Part shown: one piece after another, positions 20,983 to 30,135 of the stretch
Layout of the letters: the number at the start of each line of letters is the position of its first letter
Position numbering within the stretch: the stretch's first letter is position 1
Source of the DNA: an uncultured Acidobacteriota bacterium
GTDB taxonomy: Bacteria > Acidobacteriota > Thermoanaerobaculia > UBA5066
Reading direction: 5' to 3'
NCBI GenBank assembly: GCA_963721385.1
Contig: CAVRJB010000019.1
Span: 981,946 to 1,045,945, forward strand
DNA: 64,000 nt
Made by a program: the position numbers and the translations under genes
Notes under the pieces: generated by a model
What the model was told of the DNA's origin: nothing
Database searches by the model: none
The model's input: only the letters and a program-made list of their open reading frames with translations

Positions 20983-21861
20983 TCACGCCCATTCGACCGG
21001 GACGGCCTCGAGGAGGCGGAAGAGCCCGCGGGCGGATCCCTGGGCGCGCCGAAGGGTGCGGGCGGCGTCGAGGCGCAGGACGGGGAGGATCGTCCGCGCC
21101 GCTCTGCGGAGCGCGACCGATCGTCTGCTGGAGACGCGCTCGACGATGGCAATCAGCTCGATCCGGTCGTGTGCGTCGCCGGCCGCGTCCTGGAAGCGCT
21201 GGAAGGCGGGGAGCAGCTCGGGGACCCCGGGAATCAGGTGCCGGACGAACTCGAGGCTGTAGCGGAGGTCCTTCGCGGCGATCCGTGCCGCGTGAAGAGA
21301 AATCTCGTCGGGAAGGCCGGAAAAAATGATCCGGCGCTTCTTCTTCCGGAGGCGCGCACGGACGAGCTTCGCGAGCGAGGCGTCGGCGGCGGTCACGGGC
21401 GCGAAGAAGAAGGGCCGAGCGAGCCGGGCCAACTCGGCGTCGCGAAGGGAAAAGGCCCGCCGAAGGGCGGCGAGGCCGCGGTCCCCGGAGCGCCTCCGGG
21501 GCCGCCGGGCCTTCTCGTGCGGCACGATCAGCGCCGCGAGCGTCTCGGCCGGCTTCCGCCGCCGGGGATCCCGCCGGAAGCGGGTACCGAGGATCCCGGC
21601 CGCGACCTCCAGCGTCCGTGACGGCGACAGGGAGCGCCGGAGGTTCCGCGCAGCGACGCGGAGCGGCTCGCCCGAGCTCTCGTCCGGAAAGCCGCGCGTC
21701 AGCTTCGCGACCGCCGCGGTGCGCCGGAGCGCGACGCGGAGGTCGTGAAGGACCCGCGGGTCGTCGAGGCGGTCGGCCCGCGCGAGCACCTGCTCGACCA
21801 CGGTCCGCTGGGCGCTCACCGTGGCGGCGAGGTGGGGCAGGAGGGACGGAACACGCGCCAT
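20983..21861 (-). CDS. CHAD-domain (polyphosphate-binding) protein
   Basis: LHDLRVALRR, LHAARIAAKDLRYSLE, FQDAAGDAHD; very Arg-rich helical protein. Confidence 0.88.
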   Translation of the reverse strand: MARVPSLLPHLAATVSAQRTVVEQVLARADRLDDPRVLHDLRVALRRTAAVAKLTRGFPDESSGEPLRVAARNLRRSLSPSRTLEVAAGILGTRFRRDPRRRKPAETLAALIVPHEKARRPRRRSGDRGLAALRRAFSLRDAELARLARPFFFAPVTAADASLAKLVRARLRKKKRRIIFSGLPDEISLHAARIAAKDLRYSLEFVRHLIPGVPELLPAFQRFQDAAGDAHDRIELIAIVERVSSRRSVALRRAARTILPVLRLDAARTLRRAQGSARGLFRLLEAVPVEWA

Positions 21862-21888
21862 GGCGGCGCGTATCCTACGCGCCCGGTG

Positions 21889-23244
21889 TCAAAGCGGTCT
21901 GACGCCGGAATCCTCGTCGTCGCGGCCCGCCCAGAGCCCGAGCTCGTCCGCGCTCGCGTCGAACTCGAAGAGCTCGGCGTTCCGCCCCCAGTTGACGACG
22001 GTCTCGAAGAGCGCCGGGATGTCGTCGGCCGGGAGGTGTGTCGCGAGCATGTCGCGCACGTCCTCGCCGCGGCGGGGCGTGTCGGGCGTCTCGGCGAGGA
22101 ACTTCACGACGACGCAGAACGTCCCGAGCGAAAGGAGCTGGCGCTTCAGGAGCGGCCGCCGCCCGCGGGGGTCGGTCGTGACGTACCGGCGTCCGAGGTC
22201 GGTCAGGAGGACGCGCTGTTTCGGCGTGTCGACGAAGTCGAGGAGCTCGGCGCCCTTGACGACGGCGATCGTCCTGCCGAAGTCGTACTCGGTGATCCGG
22301 TCGAGGGCGAAGAGCTCCATCTCCCCGCCGTTGTCGAGGAGGATGTCGAGGAGCCCTTCCATCTCGCCGACCCAGACGTGCGGCAGAGGAACGACAGGCG
22401 CCGCCGCTCGGCGTCCCGCGGGAGCGGGCCGGGCCGGGACCGCCTCCTCCTCGGGAAGGTGGACGCCCGCGACGGCGTCGTGGACCTTCTCCACCATCCG
22501 GAGGAAGGCGGGATCGCGCAGCGCGCGGGGCTGGGGAAGCGTGTTGACGATCTCGCGCCGGACGGTGCCGGGGTTAGCGCCCATGACGACGATCCGGTCG
22601 CCGAGGAGTACCGCCTCCTCGATGAGGTGCGTGATGAGAAGGACCGAGGAGAGGCTCGTGCCGGGGTCCTCGAAGAGGCGCGCCACCTCGGACCGGAGGA
22701 GCTCGGCCGTCAGGATGTCGAGGGCCGAGAAGGGCTCGTCCATGCAGAGAAGCTCGGGCCGGCCGACGAGGGCCCGGGCGATGCCGACCCGCTGCTTCAT
22801 CCCGCCGGAAAGCTCCTTGGGGTACGCGCGGACGGCGCCCGAGAGACCGACGGAAGAGATGACGTCCCGGACGCGGTCCGTGACCTCGTTCTCGGACAGG
22901 GACCGTCCGTGCAGGCCGAGGCGGACGTTCTCCTCCACCGTCAGCCAGGGAAAGAGGGCGAAGTTCTGGAAGACGACGGCGGCGCCGGGGTGGATCCCCT
23001 CGAGCGGCCGGCCGTGCTGCTCGACCGTCCCGCTCGAAGGGGGGATCAGGCCGATCAGGACCCGGAGGAGCGTCGACTTTCCACAGCCGGAGGGGCCGAG
23101 GACGGCGATCACCTCGTCCGGACGGACCTCGAAGTCGACCCCTTTCAGGATGACCCGCTCGCGCCCGTCCTCGTCCCGGAACGACTTCGAGACGCCGGAG
23201 GCGCGCGCGATGGGGGTCGAGGAGGGAGCCGGGACGGCGCTCAT
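21889..23244 (-). CDS. NitT/TauT-type ABC transporter ATP-binding protein with C-terminal AAA-associated domain
   Basis: ATG 23244 overlaps the permease stop; Walker A GPSGCGKST, LSGGMKQRV, LCMDEPFSALD; C-terminal extension ...FETVVNWGRNAELFEFD. Confidence 0.92.
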   Translation of the reverse strand: MSAVPAPSSTPIARASGVSKSFRDEDGRERVILKGVDFEVRPDEVIAVLGPSGCGKSTLLRVLIGLIPPSSGTVEQHGRPLEGIHPGAAVVFQNFALFPWLTVEENVRLGLHGRSLSENEVTDRVRDVISSVGLSGAVRAYPKELSGGMKQRVGIARALVGRPELLCMDEPFSALDILTAELLRSEVARLFEDPGTSLSSVLLITHLIEEAVLLGDRIVVMGANPGTVRREIVNTLPQPRALRDPAFLRMVEKVHDAVAGVHLPEEEAVPARPAPAGRRAAAPVVPLPHVWVGEMEGLLDILLDNGGEMELFALDRITEYDFGRTIAVVKGAELLDFVDTPKQRVLLTDLGRRYVTTDPRGRRPLLKRQLLSLGTFCVVVKFLAETPDTPRRGEDVRDMLATHLPADDIPALFETVVNWGRNAELFEFDASADELGLWAGRDDEDSGVRPL

Positions 23245-24969
23245 CGGTTGAGACTGTACTTCGTTTCGGCCAGCTTCCAGAGCCGCCGCCAGAAGAAGCG
23301 GTTCAGGAAGACGAGGGCCAGCGACATGGTCAGGACCCCGGCCGCCAGCATCGGGAAGTTCGCCTCGCGCGTCGCTTTCGTGATGAGGGAGCCGAGGCCG
23401 AACGTCTCCAGCGTGCTGCCGCGGTACATCATCGTCTCGGCGACGATCGAGGCGTTCCACGCCCCTCCCGCGGCCGTGACGAGGCCCGTGACGAGGAACG
23501 GAAAGATGCCCGGCAAGAAAGAGGGCGCGCCACCGGGCGAGCCCGGAGACCCCGTAGACGGCCGACACCTCGTCGAGGTCGTGCGGGATGGCGCTCGTGC
23601 CGGCGAGGACGTTGAAGAGGACGTACCACTGGGCGCCGAGGAGCATCAGAACCGCCGCGATCGCCGCGAACGGGAGCCGGAGCGCGAGAAGGACGCCCGT
23701 CACGAGCGGGAAGATCATCGGGGCCGGAAACGACGCGACGATCTGGACGACGGGCTGGAGGCGGCGCGCCAGCGCCGGGCGAGCGGCCGACGAGGATTCC
23801 GACCGGGACGGTCCAGGCAACGGAAAGGAGGAGAGCCGCCGCCGTGCGGAGCCCGGTGGCGCCGAGCCCCGCCCCCAGCGTCAGCCACTCGGCGCCCTGG
23901 ACCCGTGCGAGAAGCCGGACGAGCGCGGCGCCGCCGGCGATGGCGCCGACGCCGCCGACGATGGCGATCCCCCACGACAGGGTGACCCGCAAGGCGCCCG
24001 ACGGCTCCGCGGCGGTCGGCGGCGGCGTCGCCGCTGCCACCGCCCGGCGGGCGCGCCGCCGCTCCCGCGCGGCCCGCAGCGTGCGGCCGAGCCGCCTGAG
24101 GAGAACCGAGCGGCGGATCAGTCGAGGATCCACGACGTCGGCGCGTCGGCGCCGGAGACGTCTTCGAGGCGGAAACGCTGCGACCAGACGACGAGCGGCC
24201 GCCAGAGGAGCTGGTCGACGGCGACGATCATCATCGTCATTGCCACGAGTGCCCACGCGATCGCGCGACCGTCGTTCTTCTCGATGGCGACGGCCATGTA
24301 GGAGCCGATGCCGGGGAGGCGGAAGTCGCGGTCGCCGAGCGTGAACGCCTCGGTCACGGTCAGGAAAAACCAGCCGCCCGCCATCGAGAGCATGGAGTTC
24401 CAGACGAGGCCGATGACCGACGTCGAGAGCTCCACGGTCCGGAAGCGCCGCCACCAGCCGAACCGGTGGATCCGCGCCACCTCGTTCAGCTCGACGGGGA
24501 CCGCGCGGACCGATCCGTAATAGGAAAAAGCCATGTTCCAGACCTGCCCCGTGAAGATCATCAGGATGCAGGCCAGCTCGAGGCCGACGTTCGTCCTCGG
24601 GAAGAGGGCCACCATCCCGAGCACGAGGCCCGGGAGGAAGCCGAGGACGGGGATCCCCTGCCCGATGTCGAGGAGCGGGATCAAGACCCTTTCGGCGCGG
24701 CGGGAGTGCGCCGCCGTCGACCCGACGACGAGCGTGAAGAGGAGCGACAGGGCGTACGCCGCGAAGCCGCGCGAGAGCGACAGCAGCGTGTAGCCCGGAA
24801 GGGCGGAGGGGGAGAGGTCGATCTCGACGGCCGCCCTCATCGGCGCCTCCCAGCGCTGGGCGAGCGCGACGAGACCCGCGAGGAGGGCGCCGACCGCGAG
24901 AAGGAGGAGAGCGTCGATGCCGAGGCGCGACAGCCGCCCGGCGCGCCGGCGCGCTCGACGCGTCGTCAG
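23241..24969 (-). CDS. NitT/TauT-type ABC permease (double-domain), three frameshifts, probable CTG start
   Basis: Coherent permease is pieced together from three frames: LIPLLDIGQGIPVLGFLP, shift at ~24121, TVPVGILVG, shift at ~23778, QIVASFPAP...QWYVLFNV, shift at ~23515, GLVTAAGGAWNASIVAE. The first TM helix lies upstream of ATG 24840, in frame with CTG 24969. Confidence 0.8.
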
Positions 24970-26744
24970 GCGCGCGATCTCCGCGTCGTGTCGTCGGGGT
25001 TCGCGAGGGGGAGGTCGGGCGAGGGGTAACCGATGTAGTACCCCTGCACGCGGTCGACGCCGAGCGTGGAGACGATGTCCAGGATCTCCCGGGACTCGAC
25101 GCCCTCCGCCACGGTCTTCACGCCGAGGCCCCGGCAGATCTCGGTGATGCCGCGGACGAAGACGCGGTTCTCCGACTGCCGGGCGAGGTTCTGGACGTAG
25201 GAGATGTCGAGCTTCAGAGACGAGACGGGCAGCTCCCGGAGGTAGCGGAACGACGAGAAGCCGACCCCGAAGTCGTCGAGCGCGAAGCGGAAGCCCTCGG
25301 CCGTCAGCGCGCGGGTGAAGTTCTGGACGCGGGCGAGGTCGCGCAGGACCGCCGTCTCGGTGATCTCGAACGTCACGCGCTCGGGACGGATCCCCTTCGC
25401 GCGCGCGAGCCGCGAGATGTCGGCCACGAGCGAATCGTCCTCGAAGTCGAGGCCCGACAGGTTGATCGCCATCTCGAGGTTCGGCACGGTTCTCTGGCGC
25501 TCCGCGGAGAGCCGCTCGAAGGCCGCCGCGATGACGATCCGGTCGATCTGCGTGATGAAGCCGAAGCGTTCGGCCGCGTCGAGGAAGTTGTCCGGCGTCG
25601 TCAGGTGCCCCGTCGGCTCGCGGAGCCGGGCCAGCGTCTCGACGGCGACGACCCGCCCGGTCCCGACCTCGGCGACGGGCTGGAAGACCGGGACGAAGCT
25701 CCCCTCGACGAGGGCCGTCCGGATTCGGTTCACCTGCTCGCGCATGTGCTGGATCCGGTGGCGCTCCTTGTCGTCCGGGTCGTGCATCAGCGCACGGGCG
25801 CCGCCGCGGCGCTTCGCCTGGTGCATGGCGAGGTCGGCCGCGCGGACGAGGTCCGCCGCACCGCCGGCGTGGTCGGGGTAGACGGAGACGCCCGCGCTCG
25901 CCGTGAGCGAGAGCGGGCTCCCTTCCCAGACGGGCGCCATCTTCCCGATCAGCGTGACGATCTCCTCGGCGCGCGCCACGGCGTCGCCGGCCTGCGTTTC
26001 GGGGAGGAGGAGGAGGATCTCGTCGCCGCCGACCCGCCCCGCGAGCTCCGGCTGCGCGAGGCTGTCGCGAAGCGCAAGGCCGAGGGCGCGCAGGTAGTGG
26101 TCGCCAGCCGCAAGGCCGTGCGTATCGTTCAGCGACTTGAACCGGTCGAGCCCGACGCAGAGGAGGGCGAGGGGCTGCCCCTTCCGGTCCGCCTCCGCGA
26201 TCTCGCGGTCGAGGACGAAACGGAAGTTGTCGCGGTTCAGGAAGCCGGTCAGGCCGTCGCGGCTCATGTGGTCCGCGAGGTCGTTGTAAAGGGACTTGAG
26301 CTTCTCGAACTCGGCCGTCTTTTCCGTCACCTCGCGTGCGACGGCGACGAAACGCCCTTTGCCCGCCTCGGGGCAGGGGCGGACGGTCACCCAGAACATC
26401 CGGCCGGGGAGCACGCCTTCGCCCGGGACAACGATCTCGATGTTGCGCATCCCCTCCGGCCGGCCCGCGGCCTCGAGGAGCCGCGAGAGACCCACCGGGT
26501 CCGTCCAGAACGGGAGGACGCGCTCGATCGCCCCGCCTCCGTCCGAGGGACTCGGCGTCCCCTCCGCGATCGCCGCGTCGTTCAGCGAGAGGATCCGGCC
26601 GTCCTCGTCGATGAGCGCGGTCGGGTCGGGCGAGCTGAGGAACAGGGACGGGATCGACTTCTTCGGCAGGATGCCGGACGCCGGGCGACGCCCTTCCTTG
26701 CCGGGGGCCGGCATCAGGCCAGAAGTCGAGCGTTTCGTCGTCAT
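24966..26744 (-). CDS. PAS-GGDEF-EAL protein, probably a c-di-GMP phosphodiesterase
   Basis: PAS-like N-terminus (DPTALIDEDGRILSLN); DGLTGFLNR, GGDEI; ETL, FEITE, DDFGVGFSS, AEGVE, QGY. Confidence 0.92.
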   Translation of the reverse strand: MTTKRSTSGLMPAPGKEGRRPASGILPKKSIPSLFLSSPDPTALIDEDGRILSLNDAAIAEGTPSPSDGGGAIERVLPFWTDPVGLSRLLEAAGRPEGMRNIEIVVPGEGVLPGRMFWVTVRPCPEAGKGRFVAVAREVTEKTAEFEKLKSLYNDLADHMSRDGLTGFLNRDNFRFVLDREIAEADRKGQPLALLCVGLDRFKSLNDTHGLAAGDHYLRALGLALRDSLAQPELAGRVGGDEILLLLPETQAGDAVARAEEIVTLIGKMAPVWEGSPLSLTASAGVSVYPDHAGGAADLVRAADLAMHQAKRRGGARALMHDPDDKERHRIQHMREQVNRIRTALVEGSFVPVFQPVAEVGTGRVVAVETLARLREPTGHLTTPDNFLDAAERFGFITQIDRIVIAAAFERLSAERQRTVPNLEMAINLSGLDFEDDSLVADISRLARAKGIRPERVTFEITETAVLRDLARVQNFTRALTAEGFRFALDDFGVGFSSFRYLRELPVSSLKLDISYVQNLARQSENRVFVRGITEICRGLGVKTVAEGVESREILDIVSTLGVDRVQGYYIGYPSPDLPLANPDDTTRRSRA

Positions 26745-26780
26745 CTGTTCACGCGGACTTGCGATGGTCCGAACAGCGCA

Positions 26781-27311
26781 TTATCGCGGAGGCGGGCCTC
26801 CGGCGCCACGCCGGCCGGTGGGTGCCGCTCCGGACCCGAGGGCGGAGAGCGGGTTTCCCTCGAGCCGGTAGACCTGCCATTCCTCCATGGGGACGGCGCC
26901 CAGCTTCCGGTAGAAGCCGATCGCGGGCTCGTTCCATTTCAGGACCGACCATTCCATCCGGCCGCAGCCCCGCGCGACGGCGATCTCCGCCAGCTTCACG
27001 AGGAGCGCCCTTCCGACGCCGCGCGCCCGGAACCCGGGCTTCACGTAGAGGTCCTCGAGGTAGAGCCCGGGGCGCGTCAGCCAGGTCGAGTAGTTGTGGA
27101 AGAAGAGGGCGAAGCCGCAGGTGACGCCACCGGCGTCCGCCATCACCGCCTCGCAGAAGCGCCTCGGGCCGAAGAGGTGCTCGCGGAGGAGCGCCGGGTC
27201 GGCGTGGCAGTCCTGCGGCTGCCGCTCGTACTCGGCCAGCTCACGGATCAGGCCGGCGATCGCGGAAACGTCTTCGGGCCGGGCCTCGCGGAGGATGAAG
27301 GACGGATTCAC
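26781..27311 (-). CDS. GNAT N-acetyltransferase (SSAT/diamine acetyltransferase-like)
   Basis: GLIRELAEYE, FALFFHNYSTW, LYLEDLYVKPGFRARGVG, RMEWSVLKWNEPAIGFY. Confidence 0.9.
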   Translation of the reverse strand: MNPSFILREARPEDVSAIAGLIRELAEYERQPQDCHADPALLREHLFGPRRFCEAVMADAGGVTCGFALFFHNYSTWLTRPGLYLEDLYVKPGFRARGVGRALLVKLAEIAVARGCGRMEWSVLKWNEPAIGFYRKLGAVPMEEWQVYRLEGNPLSALGSGAAPTGRRGAGGPPPR

Positions 27312-27384
27312 GCGGAAGCCTCCTGAGACCGGATCTTAAGGGGCGCGGACGGCGAACAGGGGAGGTGGATGCTAAAACGGTCCC

Positions 27385-28008
27385 GTGGCGCGCCCCCGAT
27401 TCCGCACCGACGGCCTCCTGACGCGGCCGCTCATCCGCGCGCGGCTCGCTGCGGCGCTCGGCGTGGTCCCGCCCGGCGCGCGGGTCCTCGACGTCGGCTG
27501 CGGCCTGACCGATCTCGCCGCGCGCCTTCCGTCGTACGTCGGGTGCGACCGGTGGCCCGAGGTCCTCGAGGAGAACCGGCGCCGCCACCCGGGCGCGAGG
27601 TTTCTCGCCTGGGACGTTCTCGCGTCGGACGCGCCCGCCGATGTCTCCGCCGCGGGGCCGTTCGACGTCGTCCTGATGCTGGCGCTCCTCGAGCACCTGT
27701 CGGACCCGGCCGCCGCGCTCCGGCGAGCCGCGCCGCTCCTCGCCCCCGGCGGGCGGATCGTCGTCACGACGCCCCATCCGGTCGGACACGCCCCACTCGA
27801 GGCCGGCGCCGCGCTCGGGCTGCTCTCCAAGCACGCGGCCGAGGAGCACGACGCGCTCCTCGGCCGGGTGGAGCTCGCGGCCGCGGGGGAGGCGGCCGGG
27901 CTCGCCCTCACGTCGTACCGGCGGTTTCTCCTCGGGTTGAACCAGCTCGCCGTCTTCGCGCGGACGCCGGCGGCGCTTCGCTCGACGTTACAATCCGCGG
28001 CAACGTGA
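27385..28008 (+). CDS. Class I SAM-dependent methyltransferase
   Basis: RVLDVGCG, FDVVLMLALLEHL, LAPGGRIVVTTP; TGcTAAAAC 6 nt upstream of the GTG. Confidence 0.88.
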   Translation: MARPRFRTDGLLTRPLIRARLAAALGVVPPGARVLDVGCGLTDLAARLPSYVGCDRWPEVLEENRRRHPGARFLAWDVLASDAPADVSAAGPFDVVLMLALLEHLSDPAAALRRAAPLLAPGGRIVVTTPHPVGHAPLEAGAALGLLSKHAAEEHDALLGRVELAAAGEAAGLALTSYRRFLLGLNQLAVFARTPAALRSTLQSAAT

Positions 28009-29240
28009 CTGTCGAAACGTGGCGCTACATCCTGACGGTCGAAGGCCGTGAGATCGATCTTTCGGACGGTGAGGTCACCCTCGGCCGGAGCCGGACGGCG
28101 ACGGTCCGGCTCGAGCACGAATCGGTCTCCCGCTCGCACGCGCTCCTGACGCTTCATCGCGGCGAGGTGACGATCCGCGACCTGAACTCCTCGAACGGCA
28201 CCTGGCTCTCGGGGAAGCGCCTCTCCAACGAGACGCGCCTCGCGCACGGGAGACGCGTCCAGCTGGGCGCGGCGGTCCTCGAGCTGAAGATCATCCCACC
28301 GAACGTCCCGTCCGAACGGACGGCTCTGATGGACGCCTCGGACCTGCCCGGGGGCGCTGCCGCTCCGGCGCCGGAGCCGGCCCCGGCGCCGCCTCCGATC
28401 GCCCCCGCGGCGATCACGTACGAGAGCCACGCGATCCTCCCCGACCACGCCGAGCCGGAGACGCGGAGCGGCCTTCCGGAAAAGCCGATGACGGCGTCGG
28501 GCCTCTTCGGCAGCGTCGATCGCCAGGCGCTGGCTGCCCAGGCGGAGCCGCTCCTGGTCATTGACGAGGAGCTGCCGGCGCAGGGAGCGCCGGCAGCGCC
28601 GCCGCCCCCCGCCCCGCCGCCGCCTCCCGCCGAGGCGGTGACGCTGCCCCCGCCTTCGCCCCTCGGGCCGAGCATCGGCGACGTCCCACTCCCGCTCGGG
28701 GGCGAGCCTCCGCCTCCCGCGGGGCGCGTCAGCGACCTCGCCGGGATGATCGACCGCCGGGCGCCCGGCGCGAGCCGGTCGAACGCGGCGCCACTTGCAG
28801 GCCTGGGCGAGCGGTTCCTGGCGGTCCTCGTCGACTTCGCCATCGTCTCGGTTCTGAACGTCGTCCTGATGTCCCCGGTCTTCCTGATCCTCTACTTCCG
28901 CCCGGAGCTTTCGGCGCCGCAGCCGGGCCCCGATCCAGTTCTGGCGGGAATCGCGCTCCTCTCGGCCGTTCTTCTCGCCGCCGCCGACCTGCTCTACTTC
29001 GCCGGCCTCTGGGCCCTTCGCGGGCGGACGCCGGGACAGTCGCTCCTGAAAATGGCCGTCGTCCGGCGCGGCGTTCCTCCCGGCGAGGGGATCGGCTGGA
29101 GCGCGGGAATTCTCCGCTTCGTCTTCTTCGTCCTCGGGGCCGTCCCGCTCTACGCCGGCTGGTGGATCGCCTTTTTCTCCGACGACCGGCTCGCGTGGCA
29201 CGACCGGATGGCCGGCACCCGCGTCGTCCGGACTTTCTGA
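28005..29240 (+). CDS. FHA domain - Pro-rich linker - RDD domain fusion protein
   Basis: GTGA overlap with the methyltransferase. FHA motifs TLGR, SVSRSH, DLNSSNGT. RDD motifs RFLAVLVD, GRTPGQ, ILRF, WHDRMAGTRVV. Confidence 0.88.
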   Translation: MTVETWRYILTVEGREIDLSDGEVTLGRSRTATVRLEHESVSRSHALLTLHRGEVTIRDLNSSNGTWLSGKRLSNETRLAHGRRVQLGAAVLELKIIPPNVPSERTALMDASDLPGGAAAPAPEPAPAPPPIAPAAITYESHAILPDHAEPETRSGLPEKPMTASGLFGSVDRQALAAQAEPLLVIDEELPAQGAPAAPPPPAPPPPPAEAVTLPPPSPLGPSIGDVPLPLGGEPPPPAGRVSDLAGMIDRRAPGASRSNAAPLAGLGERFLAVLVDFAIVSVLNVVLMSPVFLILYFRPELSAPQPGPDPVLAGIALLSAVLLAAADLLYFAGLWALRGRTPGQSLLKMAVVRRGVPPGEGIGWSAGILRFVFFVLGAVPLYAGWWIAFFSDDRLAWHDRMAGTRVVRTF

Positions 29241-29244
29241 CGGC

Positions 29245-30102
29245 TCAGTTCGCGAGGAGGGAGCGGAGCGCGGGCGAGAGCCACTCTTCCTCGGCCCGGC
29301 GCGATCCCCCGCGCTTTCGGAACTCCTCGAGGCTCCGCTTCGCTCGTCCGAGGAGCTCCGCGTCGCGCCGCCCGTCGAGGAGGTAGCGCGACCCGTGGAC
29401 GACGGTCGAGAGAAGCCACGTCTGGGGCGCGTCGGGGCTTCGAGCGCGGAGCCGCGCGAGGCCGCTCTCGGCCTCGGCGAGCCGCCCGGACGCAATCGCC
29501 TCGACGACTGGCGCGAGGTCGCCGGGATCGGGCGCGGGGCGCGCCGGTACGGGGGTCGCGGTCCGGACCGGCGGCGGCCCGCCGCGGGGAACGGCCGGCG
29601 GCGGCACCGCGGGCGTCGCCACCATCTCGGGGGTCGGGGCGGCCGCGCTCGGCGTCGGCGCCCGGGAGGCGGCCTCGCGCTGGTCGAGCGTCCGGAGCCG
29701 CTCGAGGAGGTCCCCGAACTCCGGGTGTTTCTCGATCACCGAGGCCTCCCGGGACCTTCGAAAGCTCTCGCGCGCCTCCGCGTCCTGTCCCAGCTCCATG
29801 TACGCGACGCCGAGGCCGTAATAGGGGTCGTAGAGGTCGACCGAGTAGCGGCTCGTCCCGAAGCGTTCCTGCGGCAGGGTGTGTCCGGTTGCGAGCGCGG
29901 CGTTAAACCGCTGAATCGCCTTGAGATAGTCGTGCTTCTTCAGGGCGGCCATCCCTTGGTCGTACTCTTTCACCGCGGCGTCGGGAGGTAGAATGCTTCC
30001 TTGTCCGAGCGCGATCCCCGAAGCGAGGAACGCGCCGAGGAACGCCCGGCCGGTTCGGCGTGGGATCGGCGTCTCCGGGGGACACTTCACGAGAGGCTTC
30101 AC
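29245..30102 (-). CDS. Secreted or membrane-anchored TPR protein with Pro-rich linker
   Basis: N-terminal hydrophobic segment; YDQGMAALKKHDYLKAIQRF, PYYGLGVAYMELG; TACAAT 8 nt upstream of GTG 30102. Confidence 0.7.
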   Translation of the reverse strand: MKPLVKCPPETPIPRRTGRAFLGAFLASGIALGQGSILPPDAAVKEYDQGMAALKKHDYLKAIQRFNAALATGHTLPQERFGTSRYSVDLYDPYYGLGVAYMELGQDAEARESFRRSREASVIEKHPEFGDLLERLRTLDQREAASRAPTPSAAAPTPEMVATPAVPPPAVPRGGPPPVRTATPVPARPAPDPGDLAPVVEAIASGRLAEAESGLARLRARSPDAPQTWLLSTVVHGSRYLLDGRRDAELLGRAKRSLEEFRKRGGSRRAEEEWLSPALRSLLAN

Positions 30103-30135
30103 GTCGTCGGATTGTAGAAGCGGAAGGGGCCCGAA

